DNA of 64,000 bases from the human T2T-CHM13v2.0 reference genome, Homo sapiens (GCF_009914755.1 NC_060925.1), one strand, 5' to 3'. Numbered from the stretch's first letter, positions 1 through 14,190 are shown. The notes: a model not told the origin generated them from the sequence alone. Numbers and translations are program-made.

Positions 1-2129
1 GCGCAGGGACCCAGCCACTATGCTCCCCCACCTCTCACTGGAATGTGGCTTTTGAAAGTTTATTTCATTTCCCTAGACCTCAGTGTCCCTTTTTGCTGAA
101 TGGGGGTTACAGTAGCACCTGTTGGGGCATGAAATGTAACAGACAAGTGAAGGGCTGTGTCCATAGCTCACAGTGAGTGCTCTGGAGGAGGAAAGCTGTT
201 CTTACTTCCTACGTATTTGGCTTCAACCCTCACCCTGTAAATGTCAGTGGAGTTGAGGGTAGGGTCAGAACTATGAGAAGTGACAATGGCCCTGTGGGAG
301 CTCTCAAAGCCAGGCAGTGACATCTGTGGCCTCCCACCCTGGGTGCTGGCAAAGGTGGTCAGGAAAGAGGATGCAGCCAGCAGCCCGGAGTCCAATCACA
401 CACCCTCCACTGTCTTGCTGTGGCTTTTCCTTTCCAAGCCTCAGTTTCCTCTTCTGGAAACTGAAGGTAATCATGCTTTTTACCCTATGGGCTGTCTCAA
501 GGAATGAATAAGATGGCACGTTTGGGCGTAGAGGAAATGCTTGGCCCAGATGCTGGCATCATTGTTAGGACAGGGCAGGAAGTTAGAAGAACAGAGACGA
601 TAGGAGCCAACTTAGGACAATAAATGCAGTGGCCGGACATAAGAGGCCTTTCCAAGCAGAAGCCACAGGACATGGGGACCAATTGGAAAGATGGGAACAG
701 ATGTGGAGACACGGCGGACCTGGCACTGGATGGAGATGGTCCTCTGAGAAGGTTCCAATGCAACCACGTGATCTCACTCAGCAGCCAGCGATCGCAGAAA
801 ATGGGCCGTTGGGGTGGAGAGGCCAGGGCCTACGGACCTCTACAGGCCTCCTCCCTGCCAGCCGGAGCTTCTGAGAAGGGCAGCAGAATGAGAAGTGGGG
901 GGCCTGAGACAGCTGGCTGTGCTGAGCTACCAAAGCTGGCTGGAGTGGGGGCTGCAGCCCACAGGACTGAGGCGGGAGTGGTCAGGGGCCCCTGAGCTGG
1001 ATGTGAGCATGTTCAGAGACGGGACACTGTCGTCTTGAGTGCCTGGACCTGGTCAGGGAGCTGGAGGAAGGACACCCATGCTGCTCGCCTGCCTGCCACG
1101 GACCTCCCAGCCAGCTGAGGTCACCGGCTGAGCGCCAGTTGAGAGAGGGGCCAGACAGATGGGTTTGGGGCTCGGAGGAGCATTTTGAAGCTAACTGGGT
1201 CATCTAGCAAGAACGGTCACTTCCCAGCATCAGCCCCAAAGGTCCAAGCCTGCTGACTGCCTCCTGGACAGGCTTCTAGAACCCTCCCTCCCTCCCTCTC
1301 TGAACACAGTTCTGCAAAGAAGTGCCCTTGACCATAGCCCACCCTCACCCAGGAACAGGCCCAGCTCATTCCACCAGCTGTCCCTCTAATCCCCCTACAG
1401 CCTGCAGGGCAGAGCCTGTGGTGCCTCAGTGTGAGTGCCCACAGAGGTCAGGAGACATGCCCACTGTCCCACAGCAGTGAGTGGCGCTGAGATTGGAGCT
1501 CAGGTCTTCTGGGACCAGAGCCCTTGACGTTCCCACTCCATGAAGCTGTCAGGAAAACAGAGGGACATCCACCTCTCTGAGTGTGGGACAATGTGGTAGC
1601 CATATGGACCTCTGGATCAAGGGCCTCCCAACAGTCCTGGAATTCAGTGGGGTGGGGATCTGTATCCCCATTTTACAGAGAAGAAAACTGAGTCTGCTAA
1701 TAAAAGGAAGGCTAGAGTTTGAATCTAAATATTCTGATTGCCACTCTCCTTCCGTGGGGATCTGAGGCCCTGAGCTCGGGAGGGAAGCGAGGCCTTTGAA
1801 ACCTCTGACCCATTATTGTGACTGGATGAAGCAGACAACCCAGTCAAGCAGCACACAGTTTTTGGTGCATCTTGTCCCTGGGGAATAGAGCTAGCAGACT
1901 GTCATCAGCCTCTCTCCAAGGGAACTCGGAGCCTAGAGTGGAAACAGACCACTTGCTCTTTCGTTTCTCATGCTTACAAATCCTTTGATTCAAGCAATAT
2001 TTGTGAGCACCTACTGTGCACCTGCTGTGGGGGGAGCACTGAGAGAGTCCCATCTCCCTCAAGGTAGCTATACAAATTAGAAATTCATTTTGATATAGGA
2101 CAGCCAGGATACAGTCTAATAGCAATGAA

Positions 2130-2340
2130 TTTTTCAGTTATAAGGTACCAAATGTTGCTCCAGGCACTTAAATATATAAATTCATTTAATCCTCACAATC
2201 CTTAGGAGATGGGTATTTCTAGTATTCTTATTTTAATAAATGAAGAAATTGTGACCCAGAGAGGTTAAGTAACTTGCCCAAGGTCACACAGTGAGTAAGT
2301 GGCAGCGTTTGTTTTCAAACCCTGATTGCCTAGCTTGGGA
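2130..2340 (-). mobile_element. MIR SINE
   Basis: MIR core gagaggttaagtaacttgcccaaggtcacacag and catttaatcctcacaa. Confidence 0.8.
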
Positions 2341-3109
2341 GCTTCTCTACAGCCTCTCAAGAGATGGCCCATTGAGCCCTCCTGAGCCAACTGAAGGGAT
2401 TCATCTGCTTCTGGAATTATCTAGGCAGGTGTCTGAAGCCCCCTGGGGCCCTCACCAACTCCCTGGACCTTCTGTGTCTCACATACCAGGGCTCCCCTCT
2501 TGTTCCAGAGTCAGATCAGCTTCAGCCTCCCAGGCCCCGCCAGAGCAGGCCTGCAGGTGCATCATTAAACCTTGACAAGTGTGAGGTCAGTACGATGCTT
2601 TATCCTCTCCACCCCTGGGAGCTGGATTTAGTGGCTCCAGCAGAAGGTAAACTTCCCCTCCCTGGAACAGGCCCTTTAATTACTAGTGATATGTGGCTGT
2701 TGAAACTGCAGTGCCTCGGGCCCAGTGATTTAAGGGGCAGGCAGGAAGTGGAAGTTACAGGTGTTAACAGCTGTATCAGGAGCTGGGAGAGCAGGGATCA
2801 CAGCCTGAGGAGGCTATAGCTGCCTCTGGAGGAATGCTGCTCACAGGCACTCTTAGGGAGAGAGAGGTGATCCTACTGCCTCAGGTACAGGTACAGAAAG
2901 GGAGACTGAGGCCAAGATCACACTGCAAGTCGGCTTGGTATGAAGCTCAGCAGCCCTGACTTTGCTGCCAACTTGCAGTGAATCCCTGGACTCAGTTTCC
3001 CCATCTGCATATGAGAAGCTCATGTGCTGTAGAGAAGCTCCCAAGCCAAGCAATCTGGGTTTGAAAACCAACTCTGAGGCAGGAAGACTTCACTCACTCC
3101 CTAGGAGCA

Positions 3110-3330
3110 ATAATCACAATAATTTTCATAACAAAAGCTAGCACTGATTGAGTGCTCACTGAGTGCCAGGCATTATACTAAGTTCTTTAAGAGCTTTCTT
3201 TGGTTTAATTCTCATAACAGCTACTGAGGTGGTCATTCTTGTTATTCCCATTTTTACAGAAGAGGAAACCGAGGCTCAGACAGAAGAAGCAACTTACCCA
3301 AGACCCCGTGACTTAGGGAGTGACCAAATG
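3110..3330 (-). mobile_element. MIR SINE
   Basis: gtgccaggcattatactaag...cccatttttacagaagaggaaaccgaggctcaga. Confidence 0.75.
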
Positions 3331-3897
3331 GAGTGTCCAAGCCCCTCTCTCTGAAGCCAGAGCTTGGCCTCTCTGCTCTGGGACTTAAGGTCCAGTGTTG
3401 GCCCTCAAGGAGTCCATGAATGATGGGTGAGAGAGAGAAGGGCACAGGTTTCCAGAATTCCAGCAGAAGAAAAATAAGGATGATGGGGGAGGACTAGGGT
3501 GCAAGCTAAGAGATGAGGAAGGAGGGAGTCCTTCCTCCAGAGGAGGGCATCAGGAAGGCTTCATGGAGGAGGTGGCATGGAGCTGGGCCTAGCAGGCTGG
3601 TGAAGAGATAGGACAGGAGGCGCTGCAGGCAGAAGGAGCTATATAGGCAACAATGAGGGGCACAAAAGCATGGCAAGAGGGGGCACCCCTGCATGGCAGG
3701 AACCCAAGGCATGAGAAGGGGCAGGGAGTAACATATCATCCATCACAACAGCACTCACCACAGCAGCACTCACCACAGCTGACATTTATTCATCACTTGG
3801 CAGGTGCCAGGTGTGGGTCTACATACTTTACGTAGTGCTCACAAGATCCCTAGAAAGTAGATCTTGTGATGATCCCATTTCACTGGTGAGGAAACTA

Positions 3898-4028
3898 GCC
3901 AAGCGCAGTGTGGCTCATTCCTGTAATCCTAGCACTTTGGAAGGCCGATATGGGATGATCTCTTGAGCCCAGAAGTTCAAGACCAGCTTGGACAACATAG
4001 GGAGACCCCATCTCTTAAAAAAAAAAAA
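3898..4028 (+). mobile_element. Alu left monomer (FLAM-like) inserted in a MIR
   Basis: tggctcattcctgtaatcctagcactttgg...gagaccccatctct followed by a poly(A) run, no right arm. Confidence 0.85.
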
Positions 4029-6457
4029 CACTAAATTACAAATATAACAAATCACACGACGAAAATGAGGTGCAGCAGGGATAAGTGGCTTGCCAAGGTT
4101 ACCCAGCTGGTAGGTGTCCGAAGCACGATACAATCGTCAGCCCTGGCCCTGAGCCCATGGAAGGTCCACTGCTGTGCCCAGTCCTGAGGAAGCAGTGGGT
4201 GGTGAGGAAAGGGCCCTCGCTCCTCCAGGCTGTCATGGTCCCTGCTCACCCACTGTCCACTTGGCTTGGCCACAGGCAGAGAGGGAAGGAGAGACCCTGA
4301 ATCCAGTGCCATCCATCCATTGGATATGGGGAGCCCATGGCCAGGATGCCTCAAGAGCCAGATGGGCCAGGGGACTCTCCCTGCAGTAGCCTGTGGGTGG
4401 GGAGCAGGAGTGAGGGTGGAGAGAGTATTTCCTAGGGAACAAAAGTGCATTCGAGGTCCCAATACCTGGGTCAGGGCAAGGCCAAGGGAAGAGGCCTCAG
4501 GCACTGGGTCTCTGAGACACCCTCACTCTCAATCAAGCCCTGCCACCCTGGCCAGAAGTTGTGTTCCTTTGGGAATGAGGCCTTGATCTACCTCACCAAG
4601 CTCTTTACAAAGATGCAATCCAAGAGATATTCAATCAAGCAAACGCAGTTCAATGTTCATTGCAGAACCTGAGTGATGGGTGCATGAATGTTCATTGTAC
4701 AATTACTTGAACTGTTTGGTAGGTTTGGAAATTTGCAGAGTCCAATGTCAAGGGGAAAAAAAATGCATCCCCCTCCCACAAAAAAAAATCCCCCTCCCAC
4801 AAAACGCCCTTCTCTACAGCTCCTCCCCACTCACCCACCTCATCTCCCCTGGAAATTGCTTTATGAGGAGCAAGCGGCAAGAATGATTTACTTGCTCTCT
4901 GACTCGGGAAATCAATCCTAAAACGCTGATAGGACAGGAAAGACGTGGCCACAGAGCCCCCCGGGAAATCTCCCGCTTGAAGGAAAGCTCTGAGCCAGGC
5001 CAGGAGTGCGGTGGGGGGTAGGGGCTCTGCAGGGAGATCGGCAGGCGTGGCCCAGTGGTGCTGGGAGTGGTCCAGAGACTGGGAGTGGCTCAGAGCACTG
5101 ACCTGTGGAAACACGTGAGGACTTCTTACCACTGCCACATTTAGAGGACACGTGGGCCCTTCGACACCTTGTTCTGCACCTCTAACTGTCTGGATGAGGA
5201 AACCGAGACCCAGGGAGGGGGAAATGACGGCCATGTCGCAGAGAAAGTCCACGGCAACGCTGAGACGGAATCTTCAGCCCCCTGACTCTCGGTTGACACC
5301 TTTTCCCCTGACACAATAATAAACTAAAAAAGCCGTAACAACTAGAATTGCCTTTCTGCTCGCTAAGTGGCAGTACTTCATTCCCCACCCTCGCATGAGA
5401 CAGCCACCCGTGCCATCTTCATTCTATGGGTGGGGGGGTAGGGGTGGGCAGGAAGCCATCAGTGGACTCAAGGACACACCGCTTCTAAGCAGAAGGGCTG
5501 TGACCTCGAGCCAGGTTTCCCAGGCCCTAGGCCTTCAAGGCCAGGGCTAAGCTCTGTTCTAAGCCTCAGAAAGCCAAGGCCTGTACACGGTTTTCCTGGA
5601 AGGGACAGAGGTTTTGCACGCTGGGGGAAGATGAAGAGGGGTCTCCCCAGAGCCTCCAAGTCCAGCCCACTGCTCTCTGGGGGGAGGACGGACGAGCAAC
5701 AGCTTATAAGGAGCTGGTGCTCTGCTACTGGCCAGTTCTTGAATGTGCCTCCCTACCTGCCTCCCCAAGCTTCCGTGGGCTTCCAGAGGCTTCTCTCACA
5801 AAGCTGCAAGTATGGTACCTGGTGAAATCGCCCGTGTGTGTAATACTCACCTCTCAGATATATTGAAAACATCCCCCAAATTGGCTAGCTTTGCTGCTAT
5901 TTAAAACAGATTCACGTTACACCCCATAGATTTCATCTCTGCAGACACGGCACCTGTCGTGGGGCTTAAACACATTCTCTCTATTGCTACATAAACTACA
6001 GAGCGGAGGCAGTTGCAGGCAGCGGCCACCCACAGGCTGCGGGGCAGGCTGCTTCCAGCCAGCAAAACTCCAGGAGCAGAGAGGATCTGCATGGGCCTAG
6101 AGGCCTAGGGGGCCAATCAGAAAACTGGAGACATTGACAAGTAGCCGATCAAGCCGTAAGTGGAAAGTTGCACCGGTTGTGGGGAGTGGAGCTTTGGGGA
6201 TTTGAAGTCCTTTGATCCAATCAGCGTATAGGGCCAGGGAGGCTCCAGAGGGTTCTCTCCTGTGCCCCTCTGCTGAGGCCTGGGGTAGCCTGGCTAAGGT
6301 TCTCCAATTCCCCCAAGCCTTTCGTTTTCTATCAGTAATCATCTTCACTCCTGTTGACTGATCACCTACTATGAACCAAGCCCTTAATTCACATAATTTA
6401 GTGGTTCTTAGGACCCTAATTTAGAGATGCACCAACTGAAGCTTACATAGATTAAAG

Positions 6458-6645
6458 CAGCGGTCCACATATTTGAACTTGGATTAGAATCTCAGGACTT
6501 GTTAAAACTCAGGGTGGGGACTGCCGGACCCCACCCCATCCCAGGTTGGGCAGGTCTGGAATGGGGATCAAGGATTTGCGTTTCTAATAAGCTCCCGGGT
6601 GATTCGGATGCTGGTGGTCCAGGGAACACACTTGGAGAACCACCA
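6458..6645. mobile_element. MER5-like hAT-Charlie DNA transposon
   Basis: ttgcgtttctaataagctcccgggtgattcggatgctggtggtccagggaacacacttggagaaccac resembles the MER5A terminus. Confidence 0.75.
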
Positions 6646-7504
6646 GGTTAAGGGACTAGTCTTGAAAATAGTGCTATAATACAAATCTAGATCCAACACA
6701 AGACGTCTGTGGCCGCCCACCACCCCTTTCTTTACAGGTGTGTGGCATTTTATTTCTCCACCAGCAATAGCCTCAGTTGGGTCCGCTCTGCCCGGCTTCA
6801 CTGATTCACTGCCTAGAAGGCTGCCTTCCCTGTCTGCAGCACCCCCAGAGCAGCCAGCCAGAGCCTCCAGTTGGGGCTGTTAATTTTATCTTCTACCACT
6901 GCGAAAGCACAACAGCTGGCAGGGGAGGGGCAAGGCAGGTGAGCGGGTGCTTCCAGGCACCTCCCTGCAGAGCAGAGGCGGTGTGGGTGGATGACGCCCG
7001 CAGCCACTGGGATCCTTCATGAACCCGCTCCACTCAGAACGGCCCCCATCTCAGATTCCGGCAATGACCTGGACCCCGGGCCCCCCACCCCTCGCCACTG
7101 CACCAAGCACAGGAGCTCCCATGGCCGCTTTCAAGTTTGGGGGTGGGGCTAGATTCAGCTCAGCAGCTGCCACATAAAAGGGCCCATTGCAGCCCATATA
7201 AGCACAGACGCAGCGTTTATCTCTCCTGTCACTGATGGCGGCTCCATTTGGGGGCTTTTTGTTGTTGCTTTTTTTTTTCCCTTGGCTGCTGTTACTACTC
7301 AGTTCAATATTTAATTTTCCCATAAACCAAAGAGTTGCACTTTTTTTTCCCTCTCTCTTTTTCTTGCCGGGGACTCCCTTCCACTGGTGGGATCTGTCTC
7401 TTCGGGTCTCTGCTGGGAGAGAGGGGCTTAGGATGGGGCTGGAGATTTCAGCCCTTCCAACTTGGGCAGGGATTGGAGGGAAGGATGCCTGGGCCCTTCC
7501 CTCC

Positions 7505-7900
7505 AATCCATTCACTCATTCACTTGGAAAATACGTATTGAGCAAATCCTGGTGTGCCAGGCTCTTGGGTGCGGCCGCAGGTAAGAAGCCTTCCCTGACC
7601 TCGTGTTGCTTACATTCTAGTGAGGGTATCGGAGGAAAAGAGATGTGTGTGAACCAATATGTGAGATAATTATACACTGTGAGGTGCTCTGTGAAGAAAA
7701 TATACAAAATGCTGGGGCCCCAAACAAAAGAGAGCTTAGCTTAGATTGAGGGGTGACATTTGAGCTGAGACTTCTTGAAAGTCCTGACAAGGCTCAGCCA
7801 GGCTAAAAAGCTGAGTGAAAGACTTCAAACAGGGGAAGCTGCACATGCAAAGGCCCTGTGGCTGGAAAGAGCTGAGTGTGTTCATAGACTCAAAGAGAAA
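7505..7900. mobile_element. L2 LINE 3' fragment
   Basis: cattcactcattc...tattgagc...tgtgccaggc...gtgacatttgagctgagac...catgcaaaggccctg. Confidence 0.65.
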
Positions 7901-9901
7901 AATGTCTCAGTGTGTTTGGCGCATGGTGATGGGAGGGTAAGTATTGGTCAAGGTGTAAAGGTTGGAGAAGGGAGCAAGGTCTACAGCACTGCAGGGTCTT
8001 CTGGAATTTTCTTCCACAGATGGGCTATGTGCTTTCCTGTGCTGGGAGAAATGAAGGAAACAAACAGACATTGAAATTGAACTCCTATTGCATGGCTGGT
8101 CGACACTAGCTCTGAGGCTAGGTGGAAGAAAGACAAAGCTCCAACTTCCAGGGAACACGCACTCTAGTGGGGAGACAGACGTTGACCCAGAACAGAATAA
8201 CAAGTAGCAATGAGTATGAAAAGCACAGGGTGCTCCAGGCACCCAGAGGACAGGCTCTAACCCTGTCTGGAAAAACCTGGGAAGGCTGCCTGGAGGAGGC
8301 AACATCTGAGGCCAGCCTTAAAGGATGAGGTGGAGTTAATTAGCAGAAGGCCCAGTGCGTGCAGGGCACAGAGGAGATGAGCAAAGTGAAGAGGGAACCA
8401 CAGGCAGCTCAGCATTGCTGAAGCAGGGAGGGCTTCCCAGAGGAGGTGCTCTTTTGAGCAGGTTCTTGAAGGAGCAGAGAGACAGGCTAGTGGAGATGAT
8501 GGGGAAGAAACTAAGATGTGTGGAACCAAAAGAAAAAAAAAAGAAAGAAATTAAAGTAGGGAATATGGAGGGACATTTATATTCATGGACACTTTTATAT
8601 TAAAAAGGTGGTTTTCTTCTTTTGTGAAATATGGTGTAATGACTAAGAGCTGATTGAAAAGGAAGGCAGTCAATAGAGCAGGCATGCTGAGAGGAAAGAA
8701 TGGGTTTTTTTGCAAACAATATAATTTTGAACTTGTCTCTCCCCTCCCCCATCCCTCCCCCAAGCCTAATTGATTACCACCCCATGATGAATGACACTGG
8801 GAGCCAGAGTGTGCTAAGCACCTTCGTAGAGTGGTACCCAAGGAGCTGGAGAGATTTTCCCTTCCTCGAGACAATGGTTACTCCTGGGAGGGAAAGAAAT
8901 TCCCCTATACATTGTTCTCAGCCAAGAGAGGGGCGTGGGCCATTGGAGAGATAATATAATTAAAGCTTTCCTGTTTGCTCAGCACTTTGCTATCCTTACA
9001 GAAGGTTTATGTTTATTTTCCATTTGCTTCTCATCTCAAAAACCCTGGAAGCTGAGAGGCTGGCAGGGTATGTCTTATTGAACTCATTTGATAGATGGGA
9101 AGACTGATGACCACAGGCATCAACTGATTTGCCCAAAGTTCTATGGGATGTTGGGAGCAGAGCCTGGGCTAGAACCTTGGTCTGACTCTATTAGAGCCAG
9201 CACCCTGGGAGAAGTGGGAGCGGACCTCATGGAAGAGTATTTAACTCTAGTACTCACAGTTTGACACAGGTTTGGGGCAGATTTCCCTCTCCAACAATTC
9301 TGAGATTTATATCAGATCAGGTTTGTGTTCCCAAATTTCAAAGGCCACGGAATGATTTACAGAGCAAAGAGGAGCTGCTGCATTGTCTCCGAAGTGAGTT
9401 ACAATGACCAAAATAACGTTCTGCTTTCAAGATAAAGACAGGCAATATTTCGGAGTTAATTTCATAAAACCGATCATCCAACCATTACCTCCCTGTGTTG
9501 ATGTTAACTGTTGAGTCTAAAATAACTTCAACTCCTGCCTCCCTTGGTGGCCATGGAACAGGAGTGATGGAGGTTGGCTGTGACATACAGCTGTGTTAGA
9601 TGGGAAGCCACTTTACCTTTCCCGATGCTAGAAAAAATTATTCATGGAAACTTCTAGCAGCAATTCTCTCCCCTTAAGGCACAGTAAAAAAAAAACTAGA
9701 AAGTCAACTGGTTTGATTGGGGGTAGGGGCAGAGATCAGTGGATTTAAGGGAGTTTTATGGTGGTACCCTTGGTTGATCATCATGGTGGACTTATAGAAT
9801 AGGGTCGGCCTTTCCTACTGCCCAGGTCTGGTGTTACACAAGTGGAATAATGTGTCTGTAAGTGGTTTGTAAATTATGAAACTCTGCCCATGTCTAGACT
9901 C

Positions 9902-10202
<301 letters not shown>

Positions 10203-10769
10203 TAGATTCTTACTATTACTAATACAATTACGACTACTGTTTATTCTTCCCCAAGCAAAATATGCCTGTTTGGTGTCTCTTCACCTTAGAAGGGTCATTT
10301 CAGATGAATGGTGCTGATGAGTGTGATGAGTGTGTTTACTCACCCACCCCCACCACACACACCCCAGAGAGCATTGCACTGCCACAGGCATTTCAGAAAA
10401 CACAGCCTCAAAGTCCACAAAAATGAGGCACTGATGGTGGGAGCACTGGACATCATTGTCTACAGGTGATAACAGAAGAGTGGGAGGGAGATTGGTGAGC
10501 CAGGGGTCTTCGTTGATGATTCTTTGCCACCTGGATCTCCTGTGAATACAGTGGGACACAGGCAGGTGGCCTCACCTTACACTGCTCATTCTGTTACCTG
10601 ACTTTGTATTTGGGATTATTCTTGCCCAGGAAGTCATGTAGAGTTGATATCTGTGTTCACAGCTGATCTCCCACCTTTGATTGAACACTTCCTGGGGCAT
10701 GGGATCTATCCCAGGCATAGGACACATAAAAAGCTGCTGGCTTTTGACCTTGGCCAGAGACTGTAACAG

Positions 10770-11580
10770 TGATGGGAATGGCGATGAGAATGGAGATGGT
10801 ATTGGGGTTGGGGATGGGATGGAAATAGAAATGAGAATTGAGTTGGAGATGAGGATAGAGATGTGATAGAGATTAAGTGTGGGGACAGGAATAGAAGTGG
10901 TGATAGGAATGGAGGTGGGATAGAGATGGGGGAGGAGATGGAGTTGAAGTTGGTCGTGAGATGGAGACAGAAATGAGGAGAGAATAGGGGATGGAGATTG
11001 AGGATGGGGAGGGATGGAAATGGAGCTGAATGTGAGGATAGAGACAGAGATGAGAATGGAGATGGAGTGGAGATGGGGATAGAAATAGGAATGGAGATGA
11101 GGATGGGGAAGGGGCTGTGGATGAGGATGGGATGGAGATAGAGATAGAGGTGGAGATGGGCATGGGGTAAAGATAAGAATAGAGAAGGAGATTGAGATCG
11201 AGATGGGGAGGAGATTGAGATGGGGATGGGGATAAAGATGGGGGAAGAGATGGAGATGGAGATGGGAGTGGGGTTGGGGATGGGGGTAGATATGGGTTTG
11301 GAGATGAAGATGGGGTTGGGGATGGTGATAAAAACAGGGAAGGAGATGGAGATGAAGATGGAGTGGGGATGAGGGTGGAAATGGGGATAAAGATAAGGAA
11401 GGAGATGAAGATGGAGATGGGGATGGGGATATGGATGAATTGGGGAAAGGGATGGGGATGAGGATGAGGGTAGGGATGAGGATGGGGATGGGAACGGAGA
11501 TGAGGGATGAGGTGGGGATGGGGATGGGAATGGAGATGGGGGATGAGGTGGGGATGGGGATGGGAATGAAGTGGAGGAGC
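10770..11580. repeat. Purine-rich low-complexity (GGAGAT/GGGGAT)n tract
   Basis: ~800 bp of degenerate hexamers, almost no C on the + strand. Confidence 0.9.
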
Positions 11581-12099
11581 AGGTGGAGAGGGGGAGTGGG
11601 GTGGGAATAGGAATATAAAAAGGGAAGCCTAAGTGAAGGAAGGCTTTTATTGGGCTATGAAACTGGCTTTTATTGGGCTATGCAGGCAGGAATGCCGTAC
11701 TTGGTCAAGAGAAGGGAAAAAGAAAAATAGAAAAGAAGAGGGCGATGCTAATAGTGACGAGAAGAGTGAAGCATCTGTCAGGAGCCAGGGACTCCTGGAT
11801 GGAGACGGCTCCCTGACTGCCGGCACTCAGAGCCCTCCACCAGGAGACAGGAGGTGAGATGCAGAGTGACATTTTCCTAGGACTCACTGATGGGAGTATA
11901 TTGATGGGGAGGGTGTGGGAAGCCTGAGCTGTCCGTGCTGATGTTAACAGCTCTGCTATGTCATCGTCCATACAACTGAAATCTGTTATTGTCTTATGAG
12001 CTTGATTAACTGTACATATTGCTAATATAACGAGGGATGGAAACACAGCTCCAGTCAGGGTCTGTGTGGGTGGTGCGTGTGACTTAGGTGCAGATCTCC

Positions 12100-12133
12100 A
12101 GAGAGAGAGAGAGTGTGTGTGTGTGTGTGTGTG
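12100..12133. repeat. (GA)n(GT)n compound microsatellite
   Basis: gagagagagagagtgtgtgtgtgtgtgtgtgtg. Confidence 0.9.
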
Positions 12134-12306
12134 AATGTTTAGGGGGGTGAAGGGTGTAAGCGCCATGCTGTGCAAAGAATCCTAGCCAGGATTTGGAAGG
12201 CTAGGGGCCATTCCAGGCTCTGCCACTGACTTAGGGTATGATTGTAGCCAAACCTGTGCTTCTCTCTGATCTCAGTTTGCTTACTTATAAAATGGAAAGT
12301 CTAGAC

Positions 12307-12598
12307 CAGAGTTGTCCAAGAGAAATATAATGTAAAGTACATATGTCACTGTAAGTTTTCTAATAACCGCATTAAGATAAGTTTAAAAAAGAAAAGGTGA
12401 AATTGATTCTAGTAATATATTTATTAAACCCAATATATCCAAAATATTATCATGTCAATATGTTATCAATATATCTTACGCTCTTCTTAAAAAATTAAGA
12501 CTTCTGTTTTACACTTACAGCACATGTGAACTTGAACAAACCACATTTCAGGTGCTCCCCAGCCACATGGGGTGAGTGGCTGCTCTACGGGACAGCCC
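12307..12598. mobile_element. MER33-like hAT-Charlie DNA transposon
   Basis: cagagttgtccaagagaaatataatg...aacccaatatatccaaaatattatcat...ccacatttcaggtgctc...ggacagc. Confidence 0.8.
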
Positions 12599-12719
12599 GA
12601 ATCTAGGGCATTTTCTGATCTCCTCACTAAACTGTGAATGCTCCAAAGGTACGACCATGTTTTATTCTCCCAGTCCTTAGCAAGGAGGCTCAAATAAGAA
12701 TGTTAGTAAATCACACTGA

Positions 12720-12950
12720 CAATAAGCACAGCTGATATGTATTGGGTGCACTTTCAAAACACTTTGCAGGCACTACGTTACTGAATCTTCACAAGTACCT
12801 TACAATTCCATTTTTCAGATCAGGAAACCAGGCTCAGAGAGGTTAAGTAACTTGCCCAAGGTCACACAGCCAGTAAGTGGTACAGCTGATCTTTGAAATC
12901 TGGCTAGTCTGATCTAGAACCCACCTCCTTAGCCATTGTCCTGTACTACC
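12720..12950 (-). mobile_element. MIR SINE
   Basis: ggctcagagaggttaagtaacttgcccaaggtcacacagccagtaagtgg. Confidence 0.8.
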
Positions 12951-13033
12951 TCCCTTATTTATAGTCATACACTAATTAAAATTGCTACCCTGCATTGCAG
13001 GTAACTTGCATGTGCCATCACATTTACTCTTCA

Positions 13034-13354
<321 letters not shown>

Positions 13355-13360
<6 letters not shown>

Positions 13361-13412
13361 AAAAAGAAAAAGAAAAGAAAGAAAGAGAGAGAGAGAAAGA
13401 GAAAGAAAAAAA

Positions 13413-13455
<43 letters not shown>

Positions 13456-13574
13456 GAAGGAAGGAAGGAAGGAAGGAAGGAAGGAAGGAAGGAAGGAAGG
13501 AAGGAAGGAAGGAAAAGAGAAAGAAAGAAAGAAAGGGAAGGAAGGAAGGAAGGAAGGAAGGAAGGAAGAAAGGA
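13355..13574. repeat. (AAAG)n/(GGAA)n microsatellite derived from the Alu tail
   Basis: 15 consecutive GGAA at 13455-13514, 8 at 13536-13567, plus AAAG runs. Confidence 0.97.
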
Positions 13575-13969
13575 AAAGCAATCCTCTCCTCTCAGGAAGG
13601 TTCTAGGTGTCTGATCTCTGTTTGCTCAGTGAAGATAAGAAAGAATGAATGAGTGATTTTAAAGGAGTCGCCTGCCTGGTTCTGAGCCTCTAGGATTCTT
13701 GGAATGTATCCTGATACCTATTCACCTGCCATCACGAGCCATGCCAGAGTTTTATGCTAAGCTCTAACTGCAGAGGTCACTGATCTTTGGGGTAACTGAG
13801 TAACTAGAGCCACCCACAGCATCAGTTCCTGATGGAATTTGATTATAAGGCATCCATGGAAGGTAAGTGAATGTTCCTGGTGGTTCAAATGTGTACATAC
13901 ACCTAAAGGCACCAATAGATACAAGCTCCCTTTTTCTTCCCAAAGGTCGAGGTGGCTCAGCTTCATGTC

Positions 13970-14190
13970 AGAGGCTGGGCTCTGGAGTCAGACTGCCTGA
14001 GTTCAAATCCTGGCTCTTCCTCATACTGGCACCGTGAGTGAGTCTGAGCAAGTTGCTTCACCTCTTAATTTTCCCCATCTGTAAAATGGGAATAAATAAA
14101 CCCAGCCTGTAGACTGATGGTGAAGACAGAAAGAATGCACACATGTTAAGAACTCAGAACAGGTCCTGATTCCTAAGAGTTAGCCGTTGT
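13970..14190 (+). mobile_element. MIR SINE
   Basis: ggctctggagtcagactgcctgagttcaaatcctggctct...ccccatctgtaaaatgggaata. Confidence 0.8.

Noticed and set aside
2258-2290. Exact ~30-bp match to 12836-12868
   Set aside because: This is the conserved MIR core consensus, so independent insertions explain it.
3749-3778. 15-bp tandem duplication (similar ones near 4760-4805 and at 54192-54221)
   Set aside because: Ordinary slippage duplications, common genome-wide.
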